A stretch of DNA of 64,000 nucleotides from Callorhinchus milii. Its lineage: Eukaryota. Position 1 is the first letter of the stretch, and every line of letters starts with the position of its first letter. The notes beneath the pieces are model-generated. The model saw only the letters and a program-made list of their open reading frames with translations. It searched no databases and had not been told where the DNA came from. Shown here one piece after another: positions 39,111-52,013 of this stretch. The translations under genes and the position numbers were made by a program. The DNA is taken from NCBI RefSeq assembly GCF_018977255.1, contig NW_024704742.1, positions 43,338,001-43,402,000 of the forward strand, given 5' to 3'.

Positions 39111-40639
39111 GATAATAGACAAACTCTTTGGGGTTGAAATTATGTAATAAACATTAATTATGTAAATTAAGATGGCTGCTGTAATTGGGGAGTTAAGGAA
39201 AATTAAGGTAGCTTTCTACGCAGTTTGATTGTTGTGCAGGTGTCAGGGCTTTTAAGGGGAGAACAATGTCACTAGGCCATCCTTTCCCTCACTCTTTCTC
39301 TCATTTCTCCTCTTCCTCCTGTAGGGGAAGGATGGTAGTGACATTGAGTTTGTAGATGTCATTTAGATTGCTTGATAATGGTGCTTTTAGTGCCCAGATA
39401 TAGGAGGACAAGCCAAGTGGATGGTGGAGAATGTAGAAGGTGCGAACGAGTAGCATATTTGGAAAGTTAAATTGAAAAATGTGATCATCCCCATTCAATT
39501 TAATTAATCAGACAAGTAACAGCGTGTATTACAAGAGTTAATGTTAAGTAATCATCAGTATCTGGTGTTCTGTTGGTTACGCAACCTGAACATCTCAAGG
39601 ATGGGGATTACAGGAACAATCATTGTCTCCTTCAAGGCTTTTAACTTGGGGCCCTCCACTGTCTCCCTAGATTGCTTCCTGTTGTAAATCATCTTTGAAA
39701 AGAATATTCAAATGTTTATGTATTGCATTGACTCCTACTCCTGGGAAGACATGCAACGGTGCACCTCAACTTGAAAACAGTATAAATCCTGTTCTATTTA
39801 TGTTACCGTTACACTTTGTTAATTGAAAGCAGTCCTCACCTCCTGGCAGGACATTTTCCTGAAGGCATTAGCAGCATTGACTCCAGGCAGTTATTTCAAG
39901 GTAGATTCTTCTTCTTTCCCTGTACTGGATAATGCTGTCAGAACCCCAAATAGATTTTGCCTGAATTCCCTAATGCCCTCAATCAGGATGTGCTGGCTAC
40001 AGGAGCTCATGCTGTTCTTCCTTCTCCATATTCTCAGGGGTGATTTCATGGTTTTGTTCTATTTCTTGCTGAAATGAGCATTTATGTACGGCAGATACGT
40101 CCTACAGTCGCTATCATCTTGTTGTCCATATAAAACCAGGTTTAGAGCCTTGTTATAAAAATAGCTACTGATCAGCTACAGACCAGCCATCCACCTCTGA
40201 GCTTTCCAGAGACTAACACTCAAAAAGAGGAATATTACACCACGAGGGATATGATGCAATAAAATAAGGAACTATCGCCCAGACCCTTTTACCCATTATC
40301 ATTTGGCTATTGGAATATCAAGTCCAAAGACTTCTATATCATGAAGAGAAACTCACAATGTCGAATGTATTCTTGTTAGAAAAATTAGATTCTGGGATGA
40401 CAAGCCTCTTGTTCTTGAATCTTTTAAAATTCAGACTAAAGAATGTTGATAGACCTGGGGGTTACCTTTTCATTCTTTTCCATCTCTTTATTTCATTGTC
40501 AGTTGTGCCTGACAAATATTTGCTAAATACTGTACCCAATTTGTCTGGAAAAACTGTTACGTTTGAGAATGATAACAGAAATGTTCTGATCTAAAGGTGA
40601 CTGTGGAAGTTCCAGGCTTGATGCATACGTCCACAACCA

Positions 40640-41330
40640 TGCCATGACCTGCTCTGCCTTCCCCCACCTCCGCAATTTCACCTGGCTCTGCCAGTATCTC
40701 TTGCGTCAAGCCGCCAAAACCTCATCCACACATTTATTACAACTAGGCCTGATTATGCCAACTCCCTGCTTGACGGCCTTCCCAATTCTTCCCTCCACAA
40801 ATTGCAGATTATCCAGAACTTTGCAGCTCCTTTCCTCTCCCACACCAGGCACTGTGACCCTACCACCACCACCACCACCACCCTTGCCCGTCTCCAATGG
40901 CTCCAAATGTCCCAGAAAATAAGAATTCAAAATCCCCGTCTTCACCTCAAAGCCCTGCATGGCCTTGCTCCTTCCTATCTCTGTGACCTGTAACTGCATA
41001 TCAATCTGTCCGCTCTTTCCGCTGAGCAGGTTCCATGCTGCTCCAAGTCCCCCGCCCTGTCCATGCCACCATCAGCGATCAGGCCTTCAGCCTCTCTGCC
41101 CCACCCTTTGGAACTCCATCCCACAGTCCCTTTGCCTCACTCCCTCCTTTGCCTCAAGACATGTCTCAAGACCTTCGCCTTCGACCGCTCATTCAGCCAC
41201 CCTCCTATCCCCTGCCCCCCAACCCTCCCTATCCCAATCCCCTGCTCCGGTCCAAATACCTGACTGTTCAGCGCCTTGGAACGTCCTCCCAACGTGAAAG
41301 GTGCTATACAAATATAATTTGTTATTGTTG
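40640..41330 (+). mobile_element. 5'-truncated L2 LINE, degenerate
   Basis: SAFPHLRN..., LQIIQNFAA, LARLQWL, KALHGLAPSYLCDL, QAFSLSAP; L2 tail. Confidence 0.9.
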
Positions 41331-42219
41331 ATAGTCCCGTAAACTGGAATAGGTATGGTGTCGGCACAAGCATCTTATCACAAAACAAACTTTGTCTTTA
41401 TTCGCTTTTAGACTCATGGCATTGAGGAGCCAACTATCAGTTACATCATAGGAAGGGAAGAAGACCATTCAGCCGTCGAACCTGTTTCACCAGTTTATTA
41501 GATTATGGCTTTTCCCATTTCCCAGCTTTTTCTCCATACTCCTCATTACCTTTAATTCCTTGTCTGTTTTCTGTCTGCCTCCCTTTTAAACATCCCTAGC
41601 AATTCTGCCTGTACAGCCTTCTGAGGTAATGTATTTCACAAACAATCCATGAAAGATGCTTGAAGGGTAGCCAAGACAGACGTGGAAGGTTGGGAGACAA
41701 GGCAGAATGTATGCATGTATGCAAATTTGCCAGTGGAAATTTGCCTGTGGAGCCTGCCAGCATTTATAGCAGCAGGAATTTCATCTTCAGAAAATTTGGC
41801 AGATATACAACCCACAAAGATAGGATTAGCTTATACTGGCTTTTGTAAATATCTTATATTTATAATGACAATCAAATAATTTGAATATTTTCATTGATTT
41901 GGCTCCCATTTTTTTTAAAAATCTATAATTTGGGGATTAACTCTATGATCATCTTGCTATACTATGAGCTCCTGCTTGATTTATTTTCCATTTTCTATGG
42001 TTTTGCACCTTCTACAGGACGCAGAGTGTCGCCGAGAATGAGAGTAAGATTACGAGCAGAGTATCTCAAAACTCAACCTTGGTAACCTAGCTGAAGATAA
42101 ATGAGAATTATTGATGAAAACAAATCAAAGTTTGTGAATGATACCAAAATAGGAGTCAAGCACAAATAAGGAGAGAGAATGCAATCATATTCAAGACATT
42201 CGGAGTCCGTGGAGTGCGT

Positions 42220-42540
42220 GGAGTCCTGTAGCTCAGTGGTTAGAGCACTCGCTTTGCAAGCGAGAGACCTGAGTTCAATTCCAGGCAGAGGGCGAAACCT
42301 TGGGCAAGTTTCCTGACTCCACACACAGCCTAATAATAATCCCTCCAAAACCAAAAACAATAATAAATTGGTCATTTTAATCTACGACTGTTTGTGGGAC
42401 ATTGCTGTGCGCAATTGGCTGCCGCGTTCACCCACAAATATACAGTCAATTTACAGTGTGTTATGTGAAGCGCTTTGGGACGTCCTCCCGACGTGAAAAG
42501 CGCTATATCAAATGCAAGGATTATTATTATTATTATTATT
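42220..42540 (+). mobile_element. tRNA-derived SINE, young short variant
   Basis: GGAGTCCTGTAGCTCAGTGGTTAGAGCACTCGCTTTGCAAGCGAGAGACCTGAGTTCAATTCC; tail GGGACGTCCTCCCGACGTGAAAAGCGCT...(ATT)n. Confidence 0.92.
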
Positions 42541-43687
42541 CTGCAACAAAGCAGCGACAGAGGAAATCACACACCATTCTAGAGAGATACATCTGTATTA
42601 ATATATTCTACAACAAAGTAGCGACAGAGAAAACCATGGGCATATTTTTAGGAAGATCTACTATCGTTATATAAAGTATAATAATCTAATAGAAAGTAGA
42701 ATAATAGAAAGTATAATAATACTGAAATCTACATTCCATATTGGATCCTTTGGATCCTTTGGTTGCAAGCATAGCTGCAACGGGTACAGCTAGTATTGTA
42801 TATAAGGCGTTAATCAGACCTCCATTGTGAATGTTCCATTCAATTTTGGTCACTTAATTTAAGAACTATATTACTCCGCTTAAGAGGGTGACCAATAAAG
42901 TGATACCATTTCTTGAGCATACTCCTGCCGTGCTTTTCCTTCTGTGCATAAATAACTATTCATTTGAATGTGTGTGTTGAACAAATGATAGTAAGTGGTT
43001 AAACCATAACCTAAAACATAAGTTGGATTACAGAACAAACTTCTTTGACTAAATGAGCTATTCCAATCTGATATTCTTATCAACTGAAAGGCAAATCTCA
43101 TTTACTTTTTGCCTATATGTTTTATGTATAATACTCCCAAGCCAGTTCATCTAACGTGTCCTTTACCAAAAAAGTAGGTAAAAAAAACATTTCTGTCCTG
43201 AGATTATTGAACCTTTACATCTGAAACTGCCTCGTCTATGCACGTCTTCCTCCCTTATATTTATTTCTGTTCCTTGCCACTAAACCAAGCATCTCCTAGC
43301 TATTCCTCGATTGACTCTCTGGTGTTGCAATTATACTGATCTCCACTGTGCTGAAGCATCTTTCTAATCAGCCAGAGAAGCAATAAAATTGCTATTGCGG
43401 ATCAGAGAAGATCCATAATGTGCAGCTATCTGACAGTAAACATCATGTATGAGAGAAATGGAAAATTAGGGAAAAAGTTAAAACCAAGAAAATTGAAGTG
43501 TAAAAATAACAAGGTAACAAAATCCGCATAAAGAGCAGAAAAATGACACAAAGGGATAGAAAGGCTGTTAAGGAAATAAATCAAATGCAAGAAAGACATT
43601 GAAACAAAAGACAGTAAAAAAAAGTAAAACTGATAAAATCTTAAAAGAAAAAAATAAATTGGAAACAATTCAGTCATTGAGAAGTTA

Positions 43688-43876
43688 ATAATAATCCTTG
43701 CATTTGATACATTGCTTTATCCTGTCTTTGAGACGTCTCAAAGTTCCTACTTAATGCTAGGTAAACAGGCGTGAGGAGTAAAGAAACTTGACTAACGTTT
43801 CGTTCTGCCTGGGAATCGAACCCAGGTCCTCTTGCTTGCAAGACAAATGCTCTAATCAATATGCTATAGGACTCCA
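43688..43876 (-). mobile_element. Internally deleted tRNA-SINE
   Basis: Reverse tail directly joined to the head-proximal body; GGGAATCGAACCC B-box. Confidence 0.85.
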
Positions 43877-45208
43877 CATCAACATTTAAAGTTAATGCCC
43901 ATAATGGACAAGACTGGTTTCATAGATTTGATGGCCAGCTAAACACTAAGATATCCTGAGCGGTTTATACTGCTTAAAGTGAAACAATATTGCTTCCAGT
44001 AGCAGAGTAATGTGGATCAAGAGAGCTAATTTACATATCTTCTTCCTTGGAGCATTGATCACAAGACATTAAAGAATTAAACACCTGAAAACTCAGCAAG
44101 CTTAGTTTTAGTTAGTTTTAATTTTATTAAAGAACCGATCATGTAGCCACCTATTTAATAATGTTGAAACATGGTCCCTTTAAAGCTCCCAAGAAGTCGA
44201 GCCGGTATCAATTTGCACTGCAGCATGTAGGTTGCAGGGGAACGAATTGAAGTACAGCCCAAACACCCCTCCCCCAGTGGAGCTATAATGCAACTTGCAA
44301 TATAGAGTACAATGCACTACACATTCTGCAGCAAGTCAACACAAAATCTGTAGTATAAAAGAACATTAAACTGCACAGAATTACACTACAGCTAGGGAAT
44401 CGTTCCTCAAACTCAATCCAGGTATAAGATCTAATATTTCTTGATTCCGACCAATCTCACTCAAATTATTTTGAATAGCTGTTAAGATCTCTTCATGTGT
44501 AAAGAGCTTTAGGGCTAAAGTCTCTTCCACCCTCAGTATAGCAATTTAATCTGAATTATCAGGGAGTCAGCTGAAATATAGGAAAGTAAATTTAATTGGT
44601 AGGTTCGCTTCCGAGAGACCAAAATAATTATGTGTAAATTTCTCAAATTGTCCTCGCTAGTGTTGAAGTTGTTGATCTTTTCTATAAAAAGCTACCCTGT
44701 ACTCGCTGTACTCATATTATCTTTGAAAGTAAACACTGCGTTTTCCCAAATGAATGTATTTCCAGCTTAGCTTGCTGCGCCGCAACCTAAACAACATCAT
44801 TTTTAAAAGGTCCCATATCAATAGCGCTCTTAATTAACTTACTTTCCATTTCCTTCGTATATTCAACATCTTGTTCTTTGCTCAGGCAGCTCCACTGCCT
44901 CTTTGTAGTGATTCAAGCATTCATCAGCTACCGTCTGAACAGAGTTCATGCCTTCTACTCTGGGTTCAACTAGATGCATTTATTCTTTAAACTACTGGAT
45001 ATCACTTTGAAATCCTGCTGCATAATTTTATAAACATAGACTACTAAGAACATTGTTTTGACAGTTCTATGCTTTGTGCTTGCTGCCAAGTTAAATGTTG
45101 GTTTGTATCAATTATTTGCTATATTTAGCACTGTTTTCACTACAATGGACTTATGCTTGTAATTTAAACGCCTGATCTCTTATATCACCTTGTCACCAAT
45201 AAAAATGC

Positions 45209-45628
45209 GTCAGCTTGGCTCAGTGGTAGAACACTCACCTGTCAGGACTTGAACTCACAAAGCCTAAGATGACACTCCAATTCTGTCCTAGGGGTGTGTT
45301 CCTTTCTCAGAAGTGCCGTCCTACAAATGAGATGTTAAACTGAGATCCCATTTGCCTGTTCAGGTGGATGTTCAAGATCCCAAGACACCAGTTAAAAAGA
45401 GAGGGGAGTTTCTCCCCATGTCCTGGCAAACAATACCCCAAATAAAATTGGTCAATCACTTCTTAGCTATTTTGGGGCATTGTTTGTTGCATTTGTCCAC
45501 AAATACAGTCGCTACACTTCATAGTAAATCCTATGAAGTGCTTTGGGACATCCTCTAAATATGAAAAATGCAAGGATTAACATTATCATTATTATTATCA
45601 TCATTATTATTAATAATTATCATTATTA
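45209..45628 (+). mobile_element. Deu-domain-type tRNA SINE
   Basis: GTCAGCTTGGCTCAGTGGT head; GTGCCGTCCT...GAGATGTTAAACTGAG.TCCC...GCCTGTTCAGGTGGATG..CAAGATCCC; (ATT/ATC)n tail. Confidence 0.8.
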
Positions 45629-47429
45629 AAAACTGACCCTTCAAACAATAGCTTTCAGACTGGATTTGCAGCATTATCAGTACAGTATAAACATGGTACT
45701 GCTGCAATGAGCAATGTCACCCTTTGATCCAAATCATTTATCTTATGATAACAGAGAATTAACAACTTGCCATTACACTCCCATCTTTTCTGATGTCTGT
45801 AGGTAAAGTTTCCGAGAGAAGGTGTCTGCAATATAGTACAGATCTCAGATCAATATCCAGAGTGAGGCTATTAAAGTCACTCTGGGTAGAAGTATAAACA
45901 TATTATTAGATATTAGTTTACCTCAGCTGACAGCTGTATCAGTGCATGTCTCACCTGCTCAAGTAGCTGCCAGATGACAGCAGAGTCCCCTCTGTTTGCT
46001 TGACAGGTTAATACAACTGGTGTTGGGAGTCCAGTCACATATATTACCCCTTCAGCCAAACCAATTTGCCTGAATTCCTCCTGGATACACATACTGAAAA
46101 AGTCTCTTCTAACTGTTTTGTCAAGTTGTAAATGTCTTCCTTAGATGACTATGTAATACAGCCATTAGAAATTGTACTGCCCCACCCTGAAAACATATCC
46201 AATTGTTTCATTCCATAGAAGCAGGAATAGGTCACTGAATCTATTTGTCTTGCTTTGTCATTTTATTTATTTTTAGTCTTTAGCATTCAACGTTTTCTTC
46301 GCCTTTTACCATTACTGAGCATCGATCTACCTTCCTCTTAACACCTCAATTGATTCTGCACTTCTGCTCTTCTTCTGCAACAACAAAAACTTGCATTTAT
46401 ATAGCATTCTTCACGCGGGCAGCATCTCAGAGCCCTGCAGTGCATTCCACATTCTGACAACTCTTTAGGTGAAGAAATGTTTTTTTAATTATCTTGTTCT
46501 GCATTCCCTTAGCGGGGGAAAGGTCAGTCCCTATCTATCTTGTCAATTCCCTTTATTAATTTAAAGATCTTGCACAGGTCACTCCTACATCTCCTCAACT
46601 ATATGGAAGAGTTCATCCAGCCTCTCATCATGGCTAAGTTCTTTCATCGCGGGTCTCATCCTAATGAATGGTTGCTGGACTTGCTCCAAAGTCAGTGTGC
46701 CATTAACACATATTCTAGTTGAGATCTGTTGCAGCAAGGAATAATACTAATCCTTGCATTTGATATAGTGCCTTATGATGTCTTCGAGATGTCTCGAAGT
46801 GCTTCACAAGATATAATATAAAGTGAATTGACTGTATATTGTGTGTAAATGATAGACTAAAGACACTGTTTCAACATTTCTGTCTTAGCAAACTAAAAGA
46901 CTAACAAAGAAAGTTTATCCTATAGCTCTCAAAAATAGACCTGTCAGAACACACTGGTTCAATGTACAGTATTTACAGCTTAAAGTCAATGCTTGTTGTG
47001 CTAGCCTTCAATTGCTCCAGACCCACCTAGGACTACCACACAGCATTCTCTGGAACCCATCACATTGTCAATTGGTGTCAATTGAAAGTGTACACTTTCA
47101 GGAACGATGAATAGTTTATCTCTGCTTCCATATTTTATTATTTTCCTTCCTCTTTTTAGATCCCTTTCCATGTACTGATCCCAAGAGAAAGCAGCTCCCA
47201 GGTTTGTTACAATACAGTCTGTCTTAATCCAACTTCTGATTTTCTCTTATGTTGTTAGGCTTAAGACCATTGTCTTTAAACTTAGAAGCAGTCTTAAATT
47301 TCAACACCTTGGAACATTCTCCCAACTTGTAAGGCGCTATACAAATCTAAAGTTGTTGTTATAAATTTGGACTATCTTCCATGTGAGGGAAGTTAAGTGA
47401 GGACTCCTTGGAGCTGATCTGGCTTCAAA

Positions 47430-47966
47430 GTGACATGTTTGTCAATGCAATGTCAGAATCAAGCCAGCCCTCTGTGGCAGCCTCAGTAGACCAGTTCCTG
47501 AGGCAGGCAGCAACGCAGTACTCCAGGGCACTCCTGATGACAGCCTGGCTCATCAGTAGGACTTGGAAGGGCTAACCAGTCACTGGGGGCAGGGAATCTT
47601 CCCACTCAGCTCCTACTAGCCCTGCAAGCCAAAGTCCTAACAGGTCAAACAGTAGTAGCTGGGCAAACAGTGGGAAAGCTTGCCAGGCAGTGTTTTCAAT
47701 GGTAAACTATGCGTTTTAGCATTTTAGACTCCAGCAGTACCCCAACCCACACTATGGGGTCATAAAGGCTTGGCTCTTGCCAACCTATGCCTAATATTTT
47801 TGGGAATTAGGTAAGCAGGATGCATCCCTCCAGGGAGAGATTGAGCATTTCATTCCAATAAATATCTCTGAAATGTCCATGTGTAGGTGGGAAGCATGGA
47901 ACTCTGTTTGATTTGGATATACTTAAGCATGGTGAAGGGTTTTCACATGTGTCAGACACCCAGCTG
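47430..47966 (-). repeat. Unclassified old interspersed repeat, copy 4 (longest)
   Basis: Reverse complement begins CAGCTGGGTGTCTGACACATG...TCACCATGCTTAAG and contains the 16670-16800 block. Confidence 0.7.
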
Positions 47967-48734
47967 TCACAAAAAAAAAAATCCTGCAGTTCTGCTCACT
48001 AAAATAACGTATAGTCTATCATAATTTACAGGAAATAAAGCTAAATTGGTTTTATTCTTTATTGTTCACTCATATTTGTAATTTAAATTGGATTTGTAAC
48101 TTCAAGAACATTCAAAACATTTACAAACAGATTTCAGCTCAGAATAATATCTTAAAAATGTATAATATTTGTCATCCTATATGTAAAATTACAATTTTAT
48201 AATTGCAACAATAAACACAATACATTTCTTAATTACAACTTTCTTGGAACAAATTATAAAATCCATTTTTGAAGTGTTGAAATCCTCTTTCGATATTGAA
48301 AATAGTTAAAGTATAGTTTTTACAGGGAGAAAGATTCACACAGATCATTCAAGTGACATTACAGAACTAATATACCATTCTGCCACTCATATGGTGACCA
48401 ATTTTTTTAGGAATGAATCTTGTGTGTGAACAGTTTTTATCATCCTCTTCAAAGTGTCATCAAAAAATCAATAGTAGCTCAGATTGATAGACTGTTAGCA
48501 CTTAAATCAATAACCAATCAGTCATGGGCATGAACTTTTGACACCTTATGGTTACAACTCCTTTTAGTTTATGTACAATACAGCTAATAACATAGATATA
48601 CATTTTTCCTTTTTGAATTGAGAACAGGGTCATAATTCTGCACTTTTCCTGGATTGTGTTGGTCAAAGTACTAATCTTGTTATTTCATATGAGTAGTTTG
48701 GGAATTTATCCGCACAGTATTTTATAAACGTTAG

Positions 48735-49020
48735 GCAAGTTTCCTTACTCCTCACATCTCTGTTTACCTAGCGGTAAGTAGGAACCTCTTTGCTTTTCCG
48801 GAGTAATAATCACTTCAAGCTTATTATTATTATAAAAATAAAACAAAATAATTTGGTCATTCAATCCATGACTGTTTGTGAAACACTGCTGTGCACACTT
48901 GGCTGTCATGTTTTGCCCACATAATATACAGTCAATTCACTTTACAGTTCTGTAAAGTGCTTTGAGGTGTCTTGAAGATGTAATAAGGCGCTTTATCAAA
49001 TGCAATGATTATTATTATTT
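48735..49020 (+). mobile_element. tRNA-SINE lacking head
   Basis: GGCAAGTTTCCTTACTCC...CTGTTTACCTAGC...tail ATCAAATGCAA.GATTATT. Confidence 0.87.
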
Positions 49021-49037
49021 TTGAAGGGATTATTACC

Positions 49038-49170
49038 CCAATTCTGATGAAGGACCATAGACCTGAAACATTGACTCACTTTCCTTTCTCCACTGATGCT
49101 GCCTGATCTGCTGAGTGTTCCCAGCGACTTCTGCTTGTGTTTCAGATTTCCAGCATCTGCAGTATTTTGC
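49038..49170 (+). mobile_element. Short Penelope-like terminal repeat with minimal hammerhead ribozyme core
   Basis: CTGATGA(49044-49050)-AGG-accataga-CCT-GAAAC(49065-49069), followed by family sequence CTCCACTGATGCTGCCTGATCTGCTGAGT...CCAGCATCTGCAGTATTTTGC. Confidence 0.65.
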
Positions 49171-51417
49171 AAGGATTATTATTATTATAAAATTTGTGCC
49201 TATAGCTAATTATTTTCTGGAACCAATACAGTTTCTGTTTAACAAATAAGATCTTGCTTTCTAACCTAGGCAGATTGCTTGAGTTTCTTAATAATAATTG
49301 GATTTTTGATATGTGGTGCAGCATTTCCTATGAATCTCAAAATAACTATTATTTGCCAATTTACATACAGTATTATGAATCAGTGCTTCAATCACCATTT
49401 TCACTAGATTAATTACTACTTAATTTCCTGAAATTGTAGTTCTGAGATATGAAGAGCAATTTACAAGAGAAATTAAGTATTCACAATTGCTTTAACTAAT
49501 TCTTTAAATTTAGTTCTTCATTCATTGGTTTAAGGGATTATCTCAGATAATAACCTATTTTTAAACTAATACTTCAATATAATTATGAAGATCGTCCACA
49601 GATTAGTTTATGTGGATAATTCTTATTGTATATGGAAAATATTTGTGTATATTTAAATATATATACACACACACTGTTAAAATTGGAGTATTTGTATAGA
49701 TAAAATACTTCTTCGAAGTGTTTTAGTGTTGTGACATGTTCAGTGTACTTCATAGCTGTAAGGAAACACAAACAGATGTTTCCTTTTTAAAATGCTTGCT
49801 CATCTTAAATATATTGGTTACAAACAGTATTTCTAAAAGAGACTTACTGAAATGTAAACCAGAAGGGCAAAAAGTAATGCATCCTATCAGAAGATGCATA
49901 CCTGGATTTGTGGTATGAGAACCAGTCTGTTCAGCAACAACTTACATATACTATGTAACCATGAAAAATGAGGTCACATTGATTCCCATGGTATCAGTCT
50001 CTCAATGTTTCATTTGGAACCTAACATTCATTCACCACTGCAAGTAACATTTTTACTTACAACATTTTTAGACAGCCCAGGACTTTAATTGATTGAGTGT
50101 TTCACTTCCAAATAAAGGATCGAGTCCAAACCCCGGGGCTGCCTGTCACTTGAACATGCTTTCCTCACTTGAGTAAATTTCATAATTTCCAAGTCAGAGG
50201 TGCCACGTGGACCATTATATGATGGCAATATGTTCCATCTTGAGACAGTGAACAACTGGCAGTGCCTACTTTGTTGTTCAGCGCTCTGGGAAGCTACCCT
50301 GCATAAGGGGCGCTATACAAATGCAAATTGTTGTTGTTTTTAGATTCTGCCATTCAGTCATGGAATTGATAAGAGATGTAGACACTTTTACAGTAAAACA
50401 ACAACAACTTGCATTTATATAGCATCCTTTACGCCGAATGGCATCTCGGAGCACTTAATAGCGGTGGAGCCCAATGCTAGGGGGAGAGGGAAGCTGACCG
50501 TAGGCATGGTTGAAGAGGAAGGTCATACAGTAGTGCCTAATTTGCCCTGCTGGAAGAATAGGTGAACCCAAAAAATTAATGCTGAGGGGGGAAAAGAGTA
50601 GAGGTGCCAGCCTATCTGCCAGGAAATGGGCAATTGTTGATGAAGAACACTGCTGCACATCATCAGTAAAGAGGCTGCCCTGAAGACAACAGGAGATGTC
50701 ATATTCTCCAAAGCTGATATATTTGGAGAATTGGGGCAAGTGACAAAAGTAACTAGCCCTTCCTTGTGCATGATAACTGTGCTGTTCAAATCACTGGGGA
50801 CGCCACTGGTAATCCAGGAACATTACATTTGGTATCTAATAGCTGGCAAACCAAAAAGAATGTAAAATTGTAACATCAAATGCAATAGCTATGCATTGTA
50901 GAGCTGTAGGTCCATCTGGGATAGCTTTGCAACAGATCATTAATATTTAAGCGCTCCGAGATGTTACTTAAAGCTGCTATATAAATGTAAGTTGCTGTTG
51001 ATATGGAAAAACTAACCTGTCTCACAATGGTCTAAACTCAGTTCATGTTCACTATTAGTGGGGGAACAATTCAAAACTTGGAAATTCTAGTGACTATGTT
51101 AGGAAGAGCCAACACTGAGGGAGGAAAACATATAGTCACTATGAATGCTGAGTCGCTACGAGCAAATTATCCATATGGTAACTTTTTGTCACTTCCTGCT
51201 TAAGATTTCAAAATGTTGGAAGGATACTGAGGCTCCACTTTCAGTTGACAAGCATACTGAAAATCAAGACTACTCAAGTTTTTGTCTTCCTGCTGCACCG
51301 TTTGCTGCTTTGCAAATCTTTCAATGCAATATCCTTAAGCCATAAATCCCAATCAGCAAGAGTGTATCTGGCTCTGAATGATTCACAAGAGCAGAAAAGG
51401 AAGAAAAATAAATAAAA

Positions 51418-51860
51418 TGATAATCGTTGCATTTGATATAGTGCCTTATCATGTCTTTGGGACGTCTCAAAGTGCTTCACAGAATATACTGTAAAGTGAA
51501 TTGACTGTAGATTTTGTGGGCGAAACACGGCAGCCAATTGTACACAGCAAGTCCCACAAACAGATGTGGATTGAGTGACCAAATTATTAATATTTTTTTT
51601 TGAAGGGATTATTACCTCAGAAAAGCGATCTGCCAATTGATTTACAATCGGGTTTCTACTTACTGCTGGGTAATAATAATAACAATCCTTGCATTTGATA
51701 TAGCGCTTTTCACGTCTTCTCGACATCTCAAAGCACTTAAACAGAGATGCATGGAGTAAGGAAACTTGCCCAACATTTTGCCCTGCCTGAGAATCGAACC
51801 CAGTCCTCTCGTTTGTAGCTTAGTGGCAGAGTGCTCTAATCACTAAGCTACATGACTCCA
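51418..51860 (-). mobile_element. tRNA-derived SINE with a second tail fragment nested at ~51670-51740
   Basis: Two AATCCTTGCATTTGATATAG-like tails, body and head on reverse strand. Confidence 0.88.
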
Positions 51861-51939
51861 CAACCAAGTCTTCCTAGCAGTTGTATTAGTAATCTTAAAT
51901 TCATGAAGAACAAATGAAGTATTTTGCTTTGGTTTGGCT

Positions 51940-52013
51940 CTGGTTAACTGGCCTGTAAATTGCTTTCAGTCCCCACTATAGAACTGAAAACAATTTACAG
52001 GCCAGTTAACCAG
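51940..52013. repeat. Near-perfect inverted repeat (31-bp arms, 12-nt loop)
   Basis: CTGGTTAACTGGCCTGTAAATTGCTTTCAGT...ACTGAAAACAATTTACAGGCCAGTTAACCAG, one mismatch. Confidence 0.95.

Noticed and set aside
47540-47560. CTGATGA (minus strand) in the unclassified repeat as another hammerhead
   Set aside because: No GAAA follows stem II. It is only a small hairpin.
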